Below, one piece after another: positions 58,401 to 64,000 of a DNA stretch of 64,000 nucleotides. How positions within the stretch are numbered: position 1 is the first letter of the stretch; every line of letters begins with the position of its first letter. Position numbers and translations under genes: made by a program. The notes beneath the pieces were generated by a model. It did no database searches. It worked only from the letters and a program-made list of their open reading frames with translations, and had not been told where the DNA came from. Source of the stretch: Heteronotia binoei (lineage: Eukaryota); NCBI RefSeq assembly GCF_032191835.1, contig NC_083237.1, positions 496,001-560,000 on the forward strand, given 5' to 3'.

Positions 58401-61307
58401 TTTTCCTGCATTATGCAAGGGGTTGGACTACATAGCCCTGGAGGTCTCTTCCAATTCTGTGATTCTATAAGCCCAAATGAAGTAGAAAAAGGAACCAACA
58501 TGTACAATAACCACCACAATAGGCTACAGTACTACTTGCTGGAGAACCTATCTTTTCAGCTGTTCTAACCCCTTTGTCAAAAAGTCCTCCTCAGCATTTG
58601 TTTTGTAGATGGCAGAAGTATTTGTGGTCTCCTCGGGCAGGCTGTTCAACCAAGCAGGTGCCCCTGCAGAGAATGACCGATTGGAGGCCATCGTCCTCCT
58701 GCAAAGGCTGTGTGGGTGAGCAAGACAGTCCCGCAGGCACGAGGGCCCACGGGCAAGGAATTCTTGCAACGTGACAGCCACTGTCCTGAACTGAAGCCAG
58801 GAACTGGCCTGGAGCCAATGGAGTGTGTCTGTAGAATGGGTGTAGTCGTGGAAGAGGGCACTTCCTGAGGTTTCTTTTTCTCTCTGTTACTCTAACCTAT
58901 GGGTTGTGAATTGAATCTGTCAGACGCGGCTGATAATAAGAACAAGAAAGAAAAAAAACCAAGCCAAAGACATCAAGGACACACCACATTAAGGAGAGTG
59001 TCCTTTTACCGGCTGCTGAACAAGAAATTTAGCTAGAAGAAAGTTTTCTAATCTAGAAGCTATTGTAACTAATAATACCTGGAGAAAATTCATTCCACTG
59101 TTGCTTACAGGGGTTGAATCCATTTCTCTCAAGCCTCAATATGCCCTGCACATTCCATCAGAAGATGGGTCACAGTTTCTATCTCACCCACACCATAACC
59201 GCAGTATCTATCTGGGAATGGTATCCCTAAGATACGTCCTTCAGAAACTGCAGATGATAGTGCATTTAATCTTACAAACGTAACTGCTCATTGTACCTTG
59301 AAATTGCGAGAATTAACAGATATTTTGGTATTGCAAAAAGCTGTGGGATACCCATCTAAGGAAGAAAGGAACATGTCCAGCTTGACAGATGATACTACTA
59401 TTACCAACCTCCTCCATAACCTGCCACTTAATAATCAAGTACTCGGTGGCTTTGATCAGTCTACTAATTACACCAAGCGCCCTTCAAGCAGCAGACTTAA
59501 TACTTTGAGGCATCAAGGTGGGGAGGGGAGAGAAACAGCAAGAAGCCCTGCCCCCATCTTACTTTTCTTCTTGCTCCAAGGCCCAGTTGAGCCGCTCAGC
59601 CTCCAGGGCCTTCTCTCTCACCCAGCGGGCCTCCAGCTCCTGCCGCTGTTGCTGGGCTCTGTGCAGCAGACCCCGCACGCAATCCAGCTCCCCACGCAGC
59701 CCCTCGGCCTCCTGGGAGAGCTCCCAGGCCTGGCACTGCAGCCCTTGGTGCTGGTGTCGAAGAGCTGCCAAGTCCTGCGCGAGGCGCTGCGTCCTGGAAG
59801 GGCAGCCTGGAGTGAGAAGCCCCTCCTTTTTCTGGGTCCCTGCTGCACAGGGCAAGAGCTCCCACCCCACTCCCTGGCCTTCTCCCACCTGGCCTGCTGC
59901 TCCCGGCTCTCCCCTTCAGTCCTTCCCAGGGTCTCAGTGAGGAAGGCCAGGCGCTGGTGCAGCTGCAGAGGAGAGAAGAGCAGGGAGGTGAGAGAGAAGG
60001 AGAAGATGATATTGGATTTATAGCCCGCCCTCCACTCCAAATCTCAAAGTCTCAAAGCAACTCACAATCTCCTTTCCCTTCCTCCCCCACAACAGACACC
60101 CTGTGAGGTAGATGAAGATACTGGATTTATATCCCGCCCTCCACTTCGGAGAGTCTCAGAGCGGCTCACAATCTCCTTTCCCTTCCTCCCCCACAACAGA
60201 CACGCTGTGAGGTGGGTGGGCTGAGAGGCTCTCCCAGAAGCTGCCGTTTCAAGGACAGAGTCTCAGAGCAGCCTACAATCTCCTTTACCTTCCTCCCCCA
60301 CAACAGACACCCTGTGAGGTTGGTGGGGCTAAGAGGGCTCGCTCAGAAGCTGCCCTTTCAAGGACAGAGTCTCAGAGCGGCCTACAATCTCCTTTCCCTT
60401 CCTCCCCCACAACAGATCCCTGTGAGGCGGGTGGGGCTGAGAGAACTCTGACAGCAGCTTCCCTTTCAAGGACAGATCTGCAAGAGCTCTGGCTGACGCA
60501 AGGCCATTCCAGCAGCTGCAGGTGGAGGAGTGGGGAATCAAACCCGGTTCTCCCAGATAAGAGAGCTATGGCTGACCCAAGGCCATGCCAGCAGGTGCAA
60601 GTGGAGGAGAGGGGAATCAAACCCGGTTCTCCCAGATAAAAGAGCTATGGCTGACCCAAGGCCATTCCAGCAGCTGCAGGTGGAGGAGTGGGGAATCAAA
60701 CCCGGTTCTCCCAGATAAGAGTCCGCGTACTTCACCACCACACCAACCTGGCTCTCCTCAGCCCCGTCCACCCACCCCAGCAGCCAGCCAGCCCTCCCTC
60801 CCGCAGGGGCCATCCCCTGGGCACGAGGCCTTTGGCAGGGGACCACCTCCCTGCCGGCCCTGCGCTCCAGAGGTAGACTGCCTCAGGCTGGGGAGGCTCC
60901 CCCGCAGGGCGGACTCACCTCCTGCCGCTCCCGGCGCAGCTCCAGCACCTCCAGCCCCTGCCTGCGGGGGGGGGGGGAGAGGAGAGGTCATGAGTGGAGT
61001 GGGGAGGGGAGGGGAGGGGAGCCCCTCCCTCCCCCTCCTCCCCCCTTACTCGGTTCCAGCGGCGGCGCCGCGCAGCAGCGTCTCCAGGCGGTCCTGCAGC
61101 TTCTCATCTGGAGGGGAGGGGAGCAGAGGGGGGCGAGGAGTCCGGGGGAGAAAGGGATGGCAGCCGCCCCCTCCCTCCCTCCTCCACCCACCGCCGCCCC
61201 CCCGGGGGCCACTCACGCCTCTCCAGCAGGCCCCGCAGCCGCCCCTCGCGGCCCTCGCGCCTCTCCAGCGCCTCCAGCACGTGCTCCCGCCACGCCGCGC
61301 GCCGCAT
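55420..61307 (-). CDS. Short ATG16-family protein (ATG5-binding helix plus coiled coil, no WD40)
   Basis: Exons 61307-61217, 61107-61050, 60961-60919, 59962-59889 and 59793-59563, all GT-AG and in frame. Candidate last exon starts at 55426 (K-Y-TGA at 55422-55420), with AATAAA (minus) at 55177-55182. Motifs WREHVLEALERR, EVLELRRERQE and QELEARWVREKALEAERLN match ATG16L1 WKRHISEQLRRR, ELTELHKKRGE and QELVTRWMAEKAQEANRLN. The 3' end is uncertain. Confidence 0.8.
55435..56690 (-). mobile_element. Cluster of degenerate CR1 fragments
   Basis: KANAILGCINRG...LVRPHLESWVQIWRPHFKKDVD (55622-56002) and YEERLKHLGLFSLEKRQLRGDM (56388-56759), plus CR1-tail pieces. Confidence 0.88.
58240..58470 (+). mobile_element. 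CR1 3' end (another at about 57880-57950; also 44420-44550)
   Basis: ggttggactacatagccctggaggtctcttccaattctgtgattctat, a CR1 3' hairpin with ATTCTRTG repeats. Confidence 0.75.
58548..58790 (-). mobile_element. Degenerate L2-like LINE 3' fragment
   Basis: Translation SNRSFSAGAPAWLNSLPEET resembles the L2 motif RAFSVAAPxLWNSLP. Confidence 0.45.
58950..59500 (-). mobile_element. Degenerate non-LTR retrotransposon ORF2 C-terminus (zinc-knuckle region)
   Basis: Minus frame RLNALSSAVSEGRILGIPFPDRYCGYGVGEIETVTHLLMECAG, a decayed CCHC-type motif with nearby stops. AT-rich. Confidence 0.55.
59995..60750 (-). mobile_element. Sauria/Squam-type SINE with internal tandem duplications (109-bp and 79-bp units)
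   Basis: Contains both the 109-bp body unit seen in RNASEK and the 79-bp head unit seen in ACHE. Head ends at cttcaccaccacaccaacctggct (about 60730-60753). Confidence 0.85.
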
Positions 61308-61473
61308 CCCTGCACGTGACCGCGCGCAAAGGCTGACGGGACTCGTAGGCCCCGGGCGTCTTTTGAAGACTCTGACGCATGCGCGCGAGGGAGAACGCCT
61401 CCGGGTGCCGTGGCGCGCATGCGTCGTGCGGGGAGGCCGGAAGGGGCGCGACGGCGGTCGGCGAGGGCCAAGC
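61308..61473. promoter_or_regulatory. Bidirectional promoter, ATG16-like/MED11
   Basis: 166 bp between divergent ATGs. NRF1-like GCATGCGC at 61377 and GCGCATGCGT at 61415-61424; ETS CCGGAAG at 61437-61443. Confidence 0.8.
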
Positions 61474-62054
61474 ATGGCGTCGGGCTCGTCGGGAGGCGGC
61501 GGCGGGGCGTCAGGGGCGGCGGGGGGCGCGTACAGCCTGGGCCTGGCCAACGAGCGGCTGCGGCTGCTGGAGGAGCTGGAGCGGGAGATCGGGGCGGCGC
61601 TGCAGTGCGCAGGTGGGCGGGGCCTCCCGGGGGCGGGGCGGGAGGGCGGGGCCAGGCCGGTGACGTCACGCTCCCTGCCCCTCCCCCTGCAGGGACGGTG
61701 ATCCTGGAGCTGTCCAAGGAGAAGCCCAACGAGCGGCTGCTGGACCGGCAGGCGGGGCAGTTCGCCGCCTCCGTGCAGAAGGTGGAGGCAGAGCTCTCCG
61801 CGCAGATCCGCTACCTGGCACAGGTAAGGCCCTTCCGGGGATCGGCTGCATGGCCTCCAGGGTGCCCCCTGTGACCCTCCTCTCCCCTCCCGCAGGTGGC
61901 CACCGGGCAGCCCCACGAGGGCTCCAGCTACTCCGCCCGCAAGGACTGCCAGATGGCCCTCAACCGCGTGGACTACGCCCGCCTCAAGCTGGGGGACCTC
62001 TGCCGCGCCTGCGAGCCTCTCCTCCTGCCCGCCGAGCACCACCAGCAGCCCTGA
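61474..62054 (+). CDS. MED11: Mediator subunit 11, 142 aa
   Basis: Exons 61474-61612, 61693-61823 and 61896-62054. Protein ...[34 protein letters not shown]...[38 protein letters not shown] at 63086-63091. Confidence 0.96.
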
Positions 62055-62710
62055 AGGAGCAGCCGCACCGGGGACCCCCCCCAACACAAAGGCCACAGGC
62101 CTCCACCAGGTGGCCCTCAACCGCGTGGACTACGCCTGCCTTGAGCTGGGGGACCTCTGCCCCTCCTGCCCCCCAAGCACCACCAGCAGCCCTGAAGGAG
62201 CAGCCGCACCGGGGACCCCCCCCCCCCAACACACAGGCCACAGGCCTCCACCAGGTGGCCCTCAACCACGTGGACTACGTCTGCCTTGAGCTGGGGGACC
62301 TGACACGCCTGCGAGCCCCCCCTCCTGCCCCCCAAGCACCACCAGCAGCCCTGAAGGAGCAGCAGCACCGGGGACCCCCCCCCCAACACAAAGGCCACAG
62401 GCCTCCACCAGGTGGCCCTCCACCACGTGGACTACGCCTGCCTTGAGCTGGGGGACCTCTGCCCCCCAAGCACCACCAGCAGCCCTGAAGGAGCAGCCGC
62501 ACCGGGGACCCCCCCCCCAACACAAAGGCCACAGGTCGCCACCAGGCAGCCCCACGAGAGCTCCAGCAAGGACTGCCAGGTGGCCCTCAACCACGTGCGG
62601 TACACCTGCCTCAAGCTGGGGAACCTCTGCCGCGCCTGCGAGCCCCCCCTCCTGCCCTCCGAGCACCAGCAGCAGCCCTGAAGGAGCAGCCGGACCGGGG
62701 GACCCCCACA
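61953..62710 (+). repeat. Five tandem copies (145-168 bp) of the MED11 exon-3 coding end and stop region
   Basis: (a/g)tggccctc...ccctgaaggagcagc units start at 61953, 62110, 62255, 62412 and 62580. Confidence 0.93.
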
Positions 62711-63339
62711 CACACACACACACACACCTGGCCAGCTGCAGGCTTCATGGAGCTGCACCCCTGGCCAGCAGCCATGCCTTGCAAAGGCACCAGGGCGGAG
62801 GAGGCATGCGGCTGGCTGTGCAGTTCTGGAGGCACTGCCCTGTGGAACCCCCCATGCGTTCTCTGCTGGGCAATGTGTGCAGCACAGCCTTAGCTGGGCA
62901 GAGAGCATTCAAGAGAGGGAGCAGGCAGCAAGAGAACAAACTGGGTCTCCTCCAGGCAGAGCGGGGGAGGGCGCAGAAGGGAGCAGGATCAGCATGAGGG
63001 GGGCGGGGCTTTGCGCCCAGAGGGACCCCGGAGAATCTCCTCTTCCAAAGCTGCAGCAGCGTCTGCTTTCCGATCTCCTGGGCAAAATAAAACTCGTTTT
63101 TTCTTATAGAAAGAACTTTTTGATGCGGCACCTTCTTTTTCTTCATCTTTCCTTTAACGTATTACTCTGCACAGAGCAAACCGCAGATTTTTGTTTTTGA
63201 CTCAGGAAACGTGTCCATTCCCTGTTGAAGATGGGAAGACTGAAAGGCAGGAGGGACCTTAGAAAGGAAGGCCTGAACTTTGACCTCTTCCTTTCTTCAT
63301 GGGTCGGGTATCCTAGGAGGATTAAGAAACTTGTTTGGC

Positions 63340-63865
63340 AGCAGCTGACCAGCTGTACAGAATCAACAATAGACACAACCACACCCTACCAAAAAATTTA
63401 ATTAATAACTATAATCAAAATATAGTTCTGCAGAAGTGTCAACAATTCAAGTACAAAAGTAATAACATTTTAGTAAACAATAATTTACACAAAGGATTTA
63501 TACAAAATATTGCAATTGTGAAGTCATTCTTTCTTCGTGTAAGTATCCACGTAATATCAAAAGTCCAACTCAATAAAATCCAGGGTTCTCATAAATTTAA
63601 CATAATTTTTTCAGTTGAAGAGGACATTAGTTCTAAATTCTTCCACAACCCATTCATCCACCATCTGCCAGAGGCCTGGTAACATCCATTTAGAAAAGAT
63701 TCTTCCTCAAGATCCGGTGGTCTTAATTTTTGAGTTGCCTCAGATTTCCTGTTACAAAAGAGCATTTAAATGGAATCCAGCAATCTCTCAGTTCTTCATC
63801 ACCAATTTATATGTAAATATGGGTCGTCTTCAACTGAAAACAAAATTTATGTGGAATTTATGAGG
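63340..63865 (-). mobile_element. Probable degenerate L1/Tx1-like LINE 3' end
   Basis: AT-rich block that contrasts with its flanks. The minus strand gives stop-interrupted W-rich peptides (IFSKWMLPGLWQMVDEW) followed by a T-rich tail. Confidence 0.35.
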
Positions 63866-64000
63866 ACACTGAATGTGGGTACAATATGTGGCTGTTTTCT
63901 ATTGCATCTGCTCCAGAGGGACTTGAATGCTAGGGACTGGAGTGCCCCGTGTTGTATGCCATGCCCCACAGCTGTTCGATATTTCAGACAGATGCCAGAT

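Noticed and set aside
59793-59810. Upstream acceptor (exon start 59806) for ATG16-like exon 5
   Set aside because: It shifts the frame by 13 nt and loses the RWxxEKAxEAxRLN motif; the 59793 acceptor preserves the ATG16 frame.
59298-60023. 241-aa plus-strand ORF
   Set aside because: A chimera of the antisense of a LINE remnant and the antisense of ATG16-like exons 4-5.
61104-62997. Long ORFs across the MED11 region on both strands
   Set aside because: Explained by the CpG island, the real exons and the GC-rich tandem repeats.

Overview
A very GC-rich, gene-dense vertebrate window. Its repeats (Sauria/Squam-type tRNA-SINEs, CR1, L2, Penelope ends, hAT MITEs) point to a squamate reptile, probably a gecko; this is an inference. 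Gene order: ACHE(+), a miR-497/miR-195-type miR-15/16 cluster(+), BAP18/C17orf49(-), RNASEK(-), PELP1(-), ARRB2(+), an ATG16-family gene(-) and MED11(+). Exons were assembled by hand from GT-AG sites and phase continuity; family assignments rest on recalled reference sequences, not searches. Main findings: (1) a compact ATG16-family gene of about 166-211 aa sharing a 166-bp promoter with MED11. It keeps the ATG5-binding helix, the coiled coil and the RAB33B-site motif, but has no room for a WD40 domain; it is a candidate third vertebrate ATG16 ohnolog. (2) A candidate GPI-anchor (H-type) alternative exon of ACHE with its own poly(A) signal, a form not thought to exist in reptiles. (3) A tandemly amplified MED11 terminal exon, including a near-complete in-frame spare copy. 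(4) A 640-bp intronic foldback in PELP1. (5) Several minisatellites built from SINE or LINE ends, one higher-order repeat carrying Penelope-type hammerhead motifs.
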